A stretch of 63,938 nt of DNA, filler included, from Octopus bimaculoides (lineage: Eukaryota): NCBI RefSeq assembly GCF_001194135.2. It is 5 parts of 5 records of this genome, joined end to end, with 100 filler letters (N's around TTAATTAATTAA, not from the genome) between each part and the next. Parts side by side here need not be neighbours in the genome. Positions count along the whole stretch, not along the records: positions 36,558 to 51,780 come from NC_068991.1; 4 more parts are not named here. One strand, written 5' to 3'. The position numbers and the translations under genes are program-made. This document shows, one piece after another, positions 36,558 through 48,770 of this stretch; position 1 is the first letter of the stretch, and each line of letters begins with the position of its first letter. Under the pieces are notes generated by a model that saw only the letters and a program-made list of their open reading frames with translations, was not told where the DNA came from and made no database searches.

Positions 36558-36717
36558 AAATAATTCGCGAGAAAAATAATTCAGGAAAAGATAATTTGCG
36601 AAGATATCATTGACTCTATTATTATCTAGTGTAACAATTTAGAATGATAATAACAGAATCAATAATATAGGCGATTGCAGGCTCCCGAAAAGCATTAAAT
36701 AGCTGAAGGATTAAAAT

Positions 36718-37173
36718 TAATCAAAAGACATACTAAGTATGTCTAGCTGCTGGAAATAACAGTCAAAACTCTTATTTAAATCGCCAAAATACACTAATAA
36801 TAACTACAGAAATCAACCGTGCGAATGCAAACGGGCTAAAAAAATCTCTCAGCTTTCATTCAAGTATTATTTTCACACTGGTTGCTGCCATGATTTCGGC
36901 GCAAAACGAATCAGTTGCAGCGCAGACTTCAATACGACGGGCTGGAGCTTTATATTATGGTAGCGCGTGCTGAGGTAGATGAGGCTATTATGCCAGTACA
37001 GAAACCGGTCCATGTGAGTCCAACTACTTGAATGTTTACTGAGAGATTGTCTTAGCCCATTTGCCTTCAGACGGATGATCTCTGTAGTTATTATTAGTGT
37101 ATTTTGGCGATTTAAATAAGAGTTTTGACTGTTATTTCCAGCAATTAGACATACTTCGTATGTCCTTTGATTA
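36718..37173. mobile_element. MITE-like element with 97-bp terminal inverted repeats
   Basis: 36718-36814 is the reverse complement of 37077-37173 with about 5 mismatches. Both ends lie at TA. Confidence 0.85.
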
Positions 37174-37362
37174 TCGGCAACATACGACTATTTTTTGAAA
37201 ATGAGGTCATAACCCCGAAATATTGAATACATTAATTAACATTTTTGTTTTCTTGTGATTTACCTTGCATTTCCTTCGCATTGTTTTGGCCTTGCCCACG
37301 ATCCTTTATACAATATATTCTACACAATGCTTCATAGTAATTATTCCATCATAATGTGCGTG

Positions 37363-37470
<108 letters not shown>

Positions 37471-37472
37471 TA

Positions 37473-37967
37473 TACAAGGGACATTCCAGAAATTTTGAGA
37501 CGTTTTACAGAGGCAGTTATAACTGTTTCAGTTCATTGTAAATTTCGTGTATGATTACAATACGTCTAATAAGCTGACGTGCCAACTTTTTTTTCCAGAT
37601 TGAAGGAGACGACTATAACTGCACTTTGAACATACCCTTCTAAACAGTTGTGTCTGGTATCAAAACTTTTCCCATCCACCCCGCAGTCCAGACCTTACTC
37701 CCTGTAACTTGCTTGTTCCCTAAGCTGAATGAGAACCTCAGAGGCAGTCGTTTTGAAGACATCACGAAGATGAAATCTGAGACAAAGATCCTCGATACCT
37801 TCACTTCGGAGGAATTCCATGAAGCCTTCATGAAGTGGCTGGTGCGCCACAACTCGTGCATTGAAGTTACTGAGTCCAGTTTAGGAGAATACAGTTCTGT
37901 ACTTCTTTAAAATCAATAAATGTCTCTCCTGAAAAAAAGTCTCAAAACTTCTGAAGTGCACCTCGTG
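37473..37967 (+). mobile_element. Internally deleted mariner retaining both TIRs
   Basis: TIRs CAAGGGACATTCCAGAAATTTTGAGAC / CGAGGTGCACTTCAGAAGTTTTGAGAC. The internal frame ..FPKLNENLRGSRFEDITKMKSE..EEFHEAFMKWLVRHNSCIE is the mariner transposase C-terminus after the SPDL motif. Confidence 0.85.
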
Positions 37968-38075
37968 CATACGCAACAGCGTGAACATGGTTCTGTGTAT
38001 CAGGAAGCAAAATACTTTACAAGTGTGCAAGTTAATACTCCTGCATGCTGTTATTACTTTCTTTTATAATATATC

Positions 38076-38262
38076 TAAGGCGGCGACCTGACAGAATGCT
38101 TAGCAGCATTATGTCCATCTTTACGTTCTGAGTTCAAATTGTTCCGAAGTCAACATCATCTTTTTGAGGTCAATAAAATAAGTAGCAGCTGAGCACTACG
38201 GTCGATGTAATCGACTTATTCCTTCTCCCGAAATTGCTGACCTTGGGCCAAAATTTGAAACC
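38076..38262 (+). mobile_element. SINE family B (tRNA-like head), degenerate
   Basis: AAGGCGGCGA-CTG-CAGAA...TTACGTTCTGAGTTCAAAT (B-box-like GTTCAAAT)...GTCGATGTAATCGACT, shared with several other copies. Confidence 0.75.
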
Positions 38263-38775
38263 GGCATAAGAAATATCTGTTGAAAAATAAAGAGATATCT
38301 ACAGATTCTACACATACACTTTCAAACGCAAACACATACATACAATCCGGATATGCTTTTGGATATATTAGGTACTTATAGCTTTAGTTGGTTATAGAAA
38401 TAGGCGCATTTGTGTGGCGAAGTATTTCATTTTACAACCACGTTATTATGCGTTCGATCTCACTTTGCAGCCTCTTAGAACACGCACTTCTTTGTTATTG
38501 TAGTCTCGGGTCAACTAAAATCTTATGATTAAAATTGCATAAAAGGAAATGTGCAAAATCTCGTCATACTTTTAAAGAGATAAGTTGCGATATAGAGGAG
38601 AGGAAGCAGAGAAAGAAAAGAAAAAATTCTGCAAAATAAATAGTGAGACCTTGGTATCCAGAGGATCTGTTTCTTACGAAAACATCTCAAATATAATTTC
38701 CTGCAAACAAACAATAATTATATTAGAAACAAATAAACTTTGTAACTTGACAAAACAATAATCAATCGATAGCCT

Positions 38776-38811
<36 letters not shown>

Positions 38812-39346
38812 NNNNNNNNNNNNNNNNNNNNNNNNNNNNNNNNNNNNNNNNNNNNNNNNNNNNNNNNNNNNNNNNNNNNNNNNNNNNNNNNNNNNNNNNN
38901 NNNNNNNNNNNNNNNNNNNNNNNNNNNNNNNNNNNNNNNNNNNNNNNNNNNNNNNNNNNNNNNNNNNNNNNNNNNNNNNNNNNNNNNNNNNNNNNNNNNN
39001 NNNNNNNNNNNNNNNNNNNNNNNNNNNNNNNNNNNNNNNNNNNNNNNNNNNNNNNNNNNNNNNNNNNNNNNNNNNNNNNNNNNNNNNNNNNNNNNNNNNN
39101 NNNNNNNNNNNNNNNNNNNNNNNNNNNNNNNNNNNNNNNNNNNNNNNNNNNNNNNNNNNNNNNNNNNNNNNNNNNNNNNNNNNNNNNNNNNNNNNNNNNN
39201 NNNNNNNNNNNNNNNNNNNNNNNNNNNNNNNNNNNNNNATTACATGTAAAAATGCGAGCAAGAGAAATAAAATTCTGAAGATTATAAATCTGGAAAAGTA
39301 CAGGACAAGTTATTACATCTGGTAAAGTAGAGAACAAGAAAATTTG

Positions 39347-39925
39347 TACTTAAAATATTGCAGCTAAGGATAAAATTTCAAATAAGATATTTAGATTTAG
39401 AAAATATTAGCTTTTATTAAAACTAAAAATTTTATTACAATTTATTACTTCTAGTTTTTATTACTTGTTACGCCTATTAAAAATGAAAAATAGCTCAAAA
39501 TATTTTTTACACTTTAAAAAAATTCATTTTTTTAAAAATTATTAATTAATAATTAGAAATTTGAAAATAGGTTATAAAAAATAATAGTAGTACATAATTA
39601 GTTAGTAAAATAAATAGAATAATGCAAAAATTAGTTATATATTACAGTAAAATCTATCTATAATAACAAATTCACAGTAAAATTTGCTTAGTATTGAACA
39701 ATGCACGTTTTTTACATAATGAATTTGCCTACCATATATATTATTCTACTTTGCATAAAATCTTAGCTATATTGGTACTTCTGCCTCTTCCTTTTTTAAG
39801 TATTCTAGTGTGTCAATATTTTAACAAAATGGTGGTACCTTTTTCAATTATAATGTTATTTTGTAAATTAAAATCAAATAATTTTTGATATTCAAATTTT
39901 ATCCTTAGCTGCAATATTTTAAGTA
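39347..39925. mobile_element. AT-rich MITE-like element with a perfect 32-bp inverted repeat
   Basis: TACTTAAAATATTGCAGCTAAGGATAAAATTT (39347-39378) is the exact reverse complement of 39894-39925. TA at both outer ends. Confidence 0.75.
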
Positions 39926-40551
39926 AAAAAAACTATATTATCACCCTCAAATTTGAGAAACAAATACTCATAAAATTTTTCTTTTAAAACTTCATTGCAT
40001 GAAATTGATACCATGAAATTCCTCGAATTGAGCTCTATCATTTAAGTTTAATTAAAATATAGTTTGTTTTTAAAATAAAAAAGTTAATTATACTTAAATC
40101 CAATTTTATGCCTTATATTTTTTTATGATATTTTACCTCACAACTTTTTTGATACAAATTTTTGCTGCATGGGACCAAAAACTATGATATTCTTCACGCT
40201 TTCTTCTACCATTGGAACTAAGATAAAAATATTTTACTTTTAAAATACAAAAGTTATTTAAATCTAAACTTGATTAGTGGCGTGACTTACTTTCCTATAC
40301 CGCTGCTACAAATTTTGATGTAAACATTTTTCTACTGGACCAAATCTCAATTTTTTATGTCAAAATATAGCTAGGGACCAGTCCTCTTCAAAAATGTTAA
40401 CGGTTTTCCATTTGGTTAAGAACTGAATTAGCGACAAGCTCTGAAAGATGCTGTGTGAGCAAATCGCAGCCTTAAGGATATTATTCAACTACTGCCGTAG
40501 TTGAATGATATTGTACAGGGTGCAGCAGAAAGGTTGTCCCGATTTCAAAGG

Positions 40552-40618
<67 letters not shown>

Positions 40619-41504
40619 AATTTATTCCACTCATAGATGTATTCGTATACGAAACGTTGTAACTTCCAGTGCTGGCACTAATCTCTCTCGAAAATTTGTA
40701 GAGATATCTTCTTTTAAAAGTGATTGAATCGCACAGCTAACTCAGATGGGACCAAGCATTGACTTATAAGCCTTTGACATAGTTAGTAGTATATTATTAT
40801 TGCATAATGAAATCCTGTGTCCCTACCAGCAATTACTATATACTGGAAGAACATGATAAAAGGGCAGATTAAAAATGTGAAAAGAATTGAAATGCTTATG
40901 TGATAAGAAAAAATTTCTTACTTGTGAATGTCTCCATCGCAGAAATCTTTTACTGGAATGTTAATTTCTTGCTGATTCTGAATGTTGCCGTATAGAATAG
41001 TATTAGTGGTACCCAGTTTGGCCCACCTGAAGTGAAAGATAGAAGAATAATTATCGATGTAATTATAGATAACACATCATCGTTATCATTGATTAATAGT
41101 CAATGATAACGATGATAATATGGTAAAGTTTTACAATGATGCAGTAGGGCTATATTATGATGCAGTATTACCTTATGATGATACAGTTGGGGGCCTTTTG
41201 ATGACACGGTAGGGGCTTTATTTAATGTAGTGAGTAAACTGAAAAAAATATTCATGAAGTACGAACATAAAATCTTCTTGCGGACTTTTACGTTTCAGAA
41301 ATTGATCTGCGACTATTCTGGAGCACTGCTTTGAACGGTTTAGTTGAACAAATCGACTTCAGTATTTTTATTTTAAGTCTCGTGCTTATTTTATATGTTC
41401 TCTTTTGTGGAGCCGCTAGATCAGGTAAACGTAAGCAAACTAAGACCGGTTATCAAGCGTTTGTCAAGTGGGAGATGTTTGGAAAGCAAGTTTTTTAACT
41501 ACTA

Positions 41505-41536
<32 letters not shown>

Positions 41537-41574
41537 ACACACATACACATACACACACATACACATACACACAC

Positions 41575-41636
<62 letters not shown>

Positions 41637-41638
<2 letters not shown>

Positions 41639-41890
41639 CAGGAGTGGCTGTGTGGTAAGTAGCTTGCTAACCAACCACATGCTTCCACGTTCAGTCCCAC
41701 TTCGTTGCACCTTGGGAAAGTGTCTTCTACTATAGCCGCGGGCCGACCAAAGCCTTGTGAGTGGATTTGGTAGACGGAAACTGGAAGAAGCCCGTCTGTG
41801 TTTGTCCCCCCAACATCGCTTAATAACCGATACTGGAGCGTTTACGTCCCCTTAACTTCGTGGTTCAGCAAAAAAACCCATAGAATAAGT
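41637..41890 (+). mobile_element. SINE family A, head plus core plus partial tail
   Basis: GGAGTGGCTGTGTGGTAAG (A-box-like)...GTTCAGTCCC (B-box-like)...core. Truncated at the junction with the inverted copy. Confidence 0.88.
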
Positions 41891-41999
41891 CTATCGGTTT
41901 GTTTTGCCGAACCGCTAAGTTACGGGGACGTAAACACACCAGCATCAGTTGTCAAGCGATGCTGGGGGGACAAACACAGACACACAATCATATACACAC

Positions 42000-42038
<39 letters not shown>

Positions 42039-42198
42039 CGATGTCTTTCAGTTTCCGTCTACCAAATCCACTCACAAGGCATTGGTCGGCCCGAGGCTAT
42101 AGTAGAAGACACTTGCCCAAGGTGTTACGCAGTGGGACTGAACCCAGAACCATGTGGTTGGTAAGCAAGCTACTTACCACACAGCCACTCCTGCGCCT
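41891..42198 (-). mobile_element. SINE family A, inverted partner of 41637-41890, with internal microsatellite
   Basis: Reverse complement of the family A head and core, with an internal (CA)(TA) tract. Confidence 0.88.
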
Positions 42199-42210
42199 AT
42201 CTATAAATAT

Positions 42211-42585
42211 CTTTTATCTTTCACTTGTTTCACTCATTGGACTGCGGCCATGCTGAGGCACCGCTTTGAAGAATTTTTAGTGAATGAATCGACCCCAGTA
42301 CTTATTATTTTTCTTAAGCCTGGTAGTCATTCGATCGGTCTCTAAGATTTGGGGACGTAAACACACCAACACCGGTTGTCAAGAGGCGAAGGAGGATAAA
42401 AACAGACACAAAGATACACACACACACATGCATACATGCGCGCGCGTGACAGTTTTCTTTCAGTTTCCGTCTACCAAATCCACTCACAAGGTTTTGGTTG
42501 GCCCGAGGTGCCATGCAGTGGAACTGAACTCGGAAACATGTGATTGGGAAGCAATCTTCTTAGTCTCCGTCACGCCTGCACCTAT
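42211..42585 (-). mobile_element. SINE family A, near full length with a small internal deletion
   Basis: Tail, internal CA tract and core are recognisable on the minus strand. Confidence 0.8.
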
Positions 42586-42631
42586 GCCACGTATTATAAT
42601 TTATTATAATCTATTATAAGAATATTTATAA

Positions 42632-42865
42632 GGCGGCGAACTGGTAGAAAAAAGGCGGCGAGCTGGCAGAAACGTTAGCACGCCGGGCGAAATGCTTAGC
42701 GGTATTTCGCCTGTCTCTACATTCTGAGTTCAAATTCCGCCGAAGTCGTCTTTTCCTTTCATCCTTTCGGGTTCGATAAATTAAGTACCACTGACGTACT
42801 GGAGTCGATCTAATCGACTGGCCCCCTCCCCCAAAATTTCGGGCCTTGTACCTAGCGTAGAAAAG
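42632..42865 (+). mobile_element. SINE family B, full length with a target-site duplication
   Basis: Flanked by ATAAGAATATTTATA at 42616-42630 and 42866-42880. It has a duplicated head (AAGGCGGCGAACTGGTAGAA / AAGGCGGCGAGCTGGCAGAA). Confidence 0.9.
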
Positions 42866-43489
42866 ATAAGAATATTTATAATCTATTATAAAAATATTTA
42901 GAGATATTTCCCCGGCAATTTTAAGATACTTTTTCGTTGAAAATAACTGAAAGTACTTACTTCTTTCCTATTTGTTTGTACAAAGTCATAAAAGGACAAA
43001 CTTGAGGTCTACTTCCTGATATATTTTTACCGCTCAATCTTAACTGGACATCATATTCCTGAATGATGAAAGATAGAAAGAAGAAAAAAACTGTAATTTG
43101 GGACGACAACGAGTATATGTCCAGTCATGAGTTTGGACATGAAATAAAAACATGATGTAATCTTTAAAAAAATGTTCTATGTCTGTATGAATGGAGCTCT
43201 TTTTAGGCTGATCGCTGTATTTGTTGGCACAAAAGACTCATGGATATATGAGTCACACCCTAATTTCAGCAATGCATTATTCTGTGAATAAAAGTTTTTT
43301 TCTAATGCATTAAGGCATGTAACTTTCAAAGCAATATAGCAATACATTACAATATATTACAAAAGTATTTAAGCTATAGCAGTAAACATCATTGTATATA
43401 TAATGTAAACAGCGCAGCTGAAAATAAAGTCATAAATCATCGTCTTCATTATCATCATCATCGTCATTATTATTATTATATATGTGAGT

Positions 43490-44093
43490 AAGGCGGCGAA
43501 TGGGCAAAACCGATAGCACGCCGGACAAAATGGTTAACGACATTTAGTCCGTCTTTACGTTATGAGTTCAAATTCTACCGAAGTCGACTTTTACTTTTGA
43601 TCCTTTTAGAGTCGATAAATTAGGTACTGGTCAAGGACTGGGATCGATGTGATCGACTATCACCCCACCCACAAATTCCAGGACTTGTGACTATAAAAGA
43701 AAGGATTATATAAGTGAGATCAAATTCCGCCGAAGTCGACGTTACCTTTTATCATTTCGGAGTCGATAAATTAAGTACCAGTGAAACACTGGGGTCGATG
43801 TAATCGACTAGTCCCCTCCTCACAAATTTGAGGCCTTGTGCCTCTAGTAGAAAGGTTTATTATCGTTATATAAAGGTGGTATGCTGGCAGAATCGTTAGT
43901 ACGCCGAGCAAAATGCTTAACGGGAATTTCGCCCTTCGCTACGTTCTGAGTTCAAATTCCGCCGAGGTCGAGTTTGCCTTTCATCCTTTCGAGGTCGATA
44001 AATTAAGTACCAGTGAAACATTGGGGTCGATGTAATCGATTGCTCCTCTCCCCAGAAATTTCAGGCCTTGTACTTTTTAGTAAAAAAAAGATT
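43490..44093 (+). mobile_element. Tandem trimer of SINE family B (full, 5'-truncated, full)
   Basis: Three successive copies of TCAAATTC-CCGA-GTCGAC...GTCGATAAATTA-GTAC...GTCGATGT-ATCGA, starting at about 43490, 43716 and 43873. Confidence 0.88.
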
Positions 44094-44929
44094 AGCGAAG
44101 GCGGATGTATTGTTTTCAATTGTGTTTGTTTGTTTCTTTGTCCGTGGATGGATTCGGATGAAAATTTCCGGGATGTTTGGCCTCGTAACTGGCACGAACT
44201 GATTAGATTTTAGGATCTGTTTTTTAACATTGAGGTGACAAAACATGTGAGACATAAAACATATATAAAAAATTGAAATGAATGTTATAACGTATGAAGA
44301 CACGAAAATGATGAAATGGAAATGGAACCACTCGCCCCACTTACGAGTGGCCTCATTTTCTACCTTTTAAATCCTGAACCTTCTAACACATCGATACCCG
44401 TTTCCTCCATCCACCCATCGTACGTAGTAAATCCTGGGAAAGAGCTCCAGCTGCAGTCCACCTCCCAAAAATAAAATCCAACCATAAACTCTTGTATTTT
44501 TCCCTCTTGCTTCTTATCTGGTATTACACACAAGTGATGTTTCTCCACATTATCATACCCCGCAGTTCCAATACACTTTATGTCCCATTCCGCCGTATCC
44601 CTTAACAGTTCGTCGCTAAGCAACATATAAATCCTACACTTTTTCCTTCTCTTTTTTGACTTGGGGGAGTGGTTTTGGGTTTCTTTGTATGTTTTTGCCT
44701 CTTGTTTTTGTGTCGGATGGGAATGGATAGGCCAAGTGTCTGCAGAGAGTGGGTGGGTCTGAGAGGGTGTAGGTGGGATGAATGTGGAATGGGGTTTACA
44801 GTTTAGCTCACTTGCCTTTTTTCATTTTTTTCCTGTTACATTTTGCCATTTATTTTTTCCTATTTCCGCTACTTCCTTTTCTTTTTCGGTTACTTCCTCT
44901 CTGCGGCTCTCTTCTTTCTCCTCTTCCGT

Positions 44930-45420
44930 ATTCTCTGCTCGGCGTGGAAACAAAGCTACAATCTGGTCCTTGACGGATCACGATGGGGCCGTGCTACTTG
45001 ATCCCAAACTGATATGTGCGGCTTTACAGTCACACGTCACTAACTGTTCGGAGACAGTGGTGAGTCGGATCGTAAGATAGACCTTAGAACCTATCTTGAC
45101 GACTAGCCGAGGCTCTCGACCACGGAGGCGAAGAGTTGCGAAAGGCCGATGACAGCCTCTGAAATACGGGAGGCAATGACTGAATGAACAAGGGACAAAT
45201 AGTCTGGTTTGGATCAAAGACGCTGAGGCCAGAATGTGCTTCTACATCCGTCTTTACCGTCGGCAGCCACGTCTTCAGTTGTCCTCCAGATCGCTTGCAC
45301 CAGCATGGGAGTGGAGCCAAGTTGACCGTCTTGCGGATGAATTCCCCCGGAGAGTGAGGGAGAGTATGAATAAGCCACCTTAGACGATGTAAAGCGGGAT
45401 TTGAACGCAAAACATAAAGA
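44930..45420 (+). mobile_element. Decayed L1/Tx1-clade LINE ORF2 fragment (endonuclease-RT linker)
   Basis: ATIWSLTDHDGAVLLDPKLICAALQSH and RLSTTEAKSCERPMTASEIREAMTE*TRDK*SGLD resemble the Tx1-type LPRLS..EA..CEG.IT..EV..A..KSPGLDG region. Contains stops and frameshifts. Confidence 0.6.
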
Positions 45421-45611
45421 GGATTTGTTCGACGCGCATAATAATGTTTTCCTTATATTATTGCACCAGAGTACATTCATATAAAGAGAAATAAACACGT
45501 ACACCCAAAAATAGGCAACAAAGCTGAACATACAAATATTTGAACAAATTTATAAGTCGGACAAAAGACGTTATACAATGTATGAAGTTGCACATATTAA
45601 TATCAAAATTA

Positions 45612-45850
45612 TAGGCCAGTCAGTATGCTAATAGGCTTGCTTCTTTATTATGTAGCTTTGGTTTCAATCCCACTGTGCTGTACCTTGGGCAAGTGTCTTC
45701 TACTATAGCCCCGGGTCGATCAAAAACTTGTGAGTGGATTTGATAGCGTTTCGGACAAAGGAGAATGGTTAAAATAAGTATCAGGCGTAAAATGAAAATA
45801 AGTACAGGGGTCGATTCGTTTGACTGAACACTTCAAGGCGGTGCCCCAGT
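45612..45850 (+). mobile_element. SINE family A, degenerate
   Basis: TACCTTGGGCAAGTGTCTTCTACTATAGCC core plus a tail ending AAGGCGGTGCCCCAG. Confidence 0.75.
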
Positions 45851-46817
45851 TCGAAATATGCGCCGAAAGATACGACACCGTGCCCAAAGGATATGAGGGT
45901 GGCAGGTCACTTAGTAGATCATTTAAGTCCTCACTCCGACGTGATTAGACAGTCTTCATAACTCCAGAAAGCGGAGTCCACCTCACCGTGAACAGAAAAA
46001 GAACGGAAAACGTATAGTTATTAATGCTTTGTATATAGTGTACACTTGTGCCTTGAAATTACTAGGCATCAATTATGTGAGCATAAAGCCAGTTAAGTGA
46101 AGAACAGATGCCGCTGCTCCTATTCACCCGGCAAAAAATGCATGGGAAGGGAGGTCTTTATGTTCATGAGTTTGCAAAAAGAATAGCAAGGTTAATGTAG
46201 GAGGAGAAGGAAAGAAAAAGCCTTCATGGCCGCACCTCGCACAAAGTGTATTATCATACACACACACACACATATATATANNNNNNNNNNNNNNNNNNNN
46301 NNNNNNNNNNNNNNNNNNNNNNNNNNNNNNNNNNNNNATATATATATATATATATATACGCGCGCGCGCGCATATACATAGTTCTTTTATTCTCTTTGTT
46401 TATTTTCTCTTATTCTCTTATTCCTTTCTGTTGAAGAGCGTTGGCTTGAAACGTAGACTTTCTCACTTTCCCGAGCGTCAAACTAATACACCCGCTTGTT
46501 GTTCATACACCTGTCTTCGTTTTTATGCTTTCCTGTAAATTTTAACTATATATATATATATACACACACACACAAACACACACACACACACACATATACA
46601 TACATGTCACATACACGTATGTGTACAGACACTAACATAACTGAAGTTTAAGGACATATAAATAAGGCAACCAGCCAACGACATGCTGACATAGAGTTGC
46701 TACTGGGATCTCATCAAGCATCCCCTCTCTCGGCCTTGATCACCTTTTGTTTCCATATGCTTGTATGTGAAATTTCCTCTCCCATAAGCTCGTTTTGACC
46801 CTGACACTCACCACTAT

Positions 46818-47067
46818 CTTTTTACTCTTATGCTTTATTTGTTTCAGCCATTAGACTGCGACCATGCTAGGGCATCGCCTTGAAGAATCTTCAATCGAAT
46901 GAATCGAACCGAGGACTTATTCTTTAAAGACTGTACTTATTCCATCGGTGTCTTTTGCCGAACAGCTAAGGGGAACGTAAACAAACCAACACTGGTTGTC
47001 AAGCGATAGTGGGAGACAAAAACTCAAAGACGCGCGCACACTCAGACATGCATCTATACGACGGGTT
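46818..47067 (-). mobile_element. SINE family A tail
   Basis: TTGTTTCAGCCATTAGACTGCGACCATGCT...GGTTGTCAAGCGATAGTGGG matches the other family A tails. Confidence 0.75.
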
Positions 47068-47318
47068 TATATATATTAGGTTATATGTCCGGCCAGTGAG
47101 CCTGAAATTCCTTTACGACAATGTAACCTTCATATAACTACGGTAACCTCGGCCTGATGAGTAGCTAGTGGAGTACCTCTCGTTGAGTAAATATAACTTC
47201 CGAGGAGCTGCAAGCTGGGAAACATGTGTAGCCTGAATTTTACCTGCTCCATTCCCTCAATTTGGATATGTATGTATGTTGTGTTGTATTGTGTTGTGTT
47301 GCGTTGCGCTGCGTTGCC

Positions 47319-47413
<95 letters not shown>

Positions 47414-48770
47414 CACATTTTCCGTCGAGTAAATCCGCTCACAAGGCCTTGGTCACGCTGGGCTTTGGTCGGCCTAGAACTATGTAATTAGGAAAGAAAC
47501 TTCTTACCTCCCTGGAAAAGAAATGCGTCTTATGTGTCATAAAATACGGTATTTCTGCACATTCCACCACGCTAACTTTTCTCAAAGTAATAACCTCAAA
47601 GAATAATCTCCAAGTAATAAACTCAATGTAGCACATACGTTACAGTTTATATACTTTTTTCTTTTCTCTTTTTGTAGGACTCAAACCCCTTTTTCACATA
47701 AGACCTCGAGTCTAATGCTGGGCGTATCAATGCTGAGGAAATGTTTTACTAAATTTAATATCTTTAAATTTCCGGCAACAGAAACTTTTTTTGAAAAAAT
47801 CTCAAACCAACTGCACATATTGAATGCCATACGACATAAATTCTTGATTAATTAAAATTAGCTCCGCTCTCGAGGATCTATCAGAATTACCAAATGACAA
47901 TTAAGATTAGTTTCAATTGAGAAGGGAAGATAATCTCAAGAACCAAGATTTTCTCCAAAGCTGACACGACATTCAGGGAAAGCACAGGCTTATTGTCTGG
48001 GCATAAGAGAATAATTGAGGATACGACTTGGAGCTATCTCCCTTAGCTCGTTTTTGTTTAAATTATGCAAATTACATAGGCCATAAATGTTTTCTACACT
48101 TTTTGTATTTCTATAAGTCTCAGTTCTTTCAATACTGGAGATAAGATTAGGCAGTTGTCGAGCTGATGGCGATTATTAAACCAGAAACACGAGTCCACGA
48201 CTGTCGTCTTCTGACCAGACAGTAAGCCTGTCCTTTGTCTTAACCGCGTTTCAATTCTGATTTCTAGAGATTTTCCCCCTTACGCAAGTAGAGATGGCCT
48301 TCGCCTGTAGAGGTAGTGATAATTTTAATAACCAAAGAATTTATGTTGTATAATATTCGACATATTTGTATTTGTCTATGTTGTTCAAACACATGCCACT
48401 GGCTGTTATGAGTCATTTTCCTAAGCTCATTTTTGTCTAAATATTGCTCGTATTGAAACTCAAAGGCCGGCCAGAATTTCTACAACAACGTTGGTAGCAG
48501 CATTGGTTTTCAGTCTTTGACCTTCATATAGACTGCACATTCATAGACAAACTTGAAACATAAAGAAATTTTATTTGAATGTTACATGAGTAGGCATAAA
48601 ACTTTTTGAAAAAGTTCTTTTTATAGTTGAAAATTGAAAATATTTAGTACAATATTTCTTTACATTCTTAGGATTCCTACTGTATAACAATATAACACAG
48701 AACTTCTAACAGCCCATGAATTTCAAGTTAACATACACACTCAACATAAATGCATATACACTCATATTTA

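Noticed and set aside
38076-44093. tRNA-like A/B boxes
   Set aside because: These are SINE heads followed by family-specific bodies. They have no cloverleaf, so they are not tRNA genes.
47101-47200. GAAA...CTGATGA arrangement as a type II hammerhead
   Set aside because: The cleavage triplet would end in G and stems I and II do not pair.
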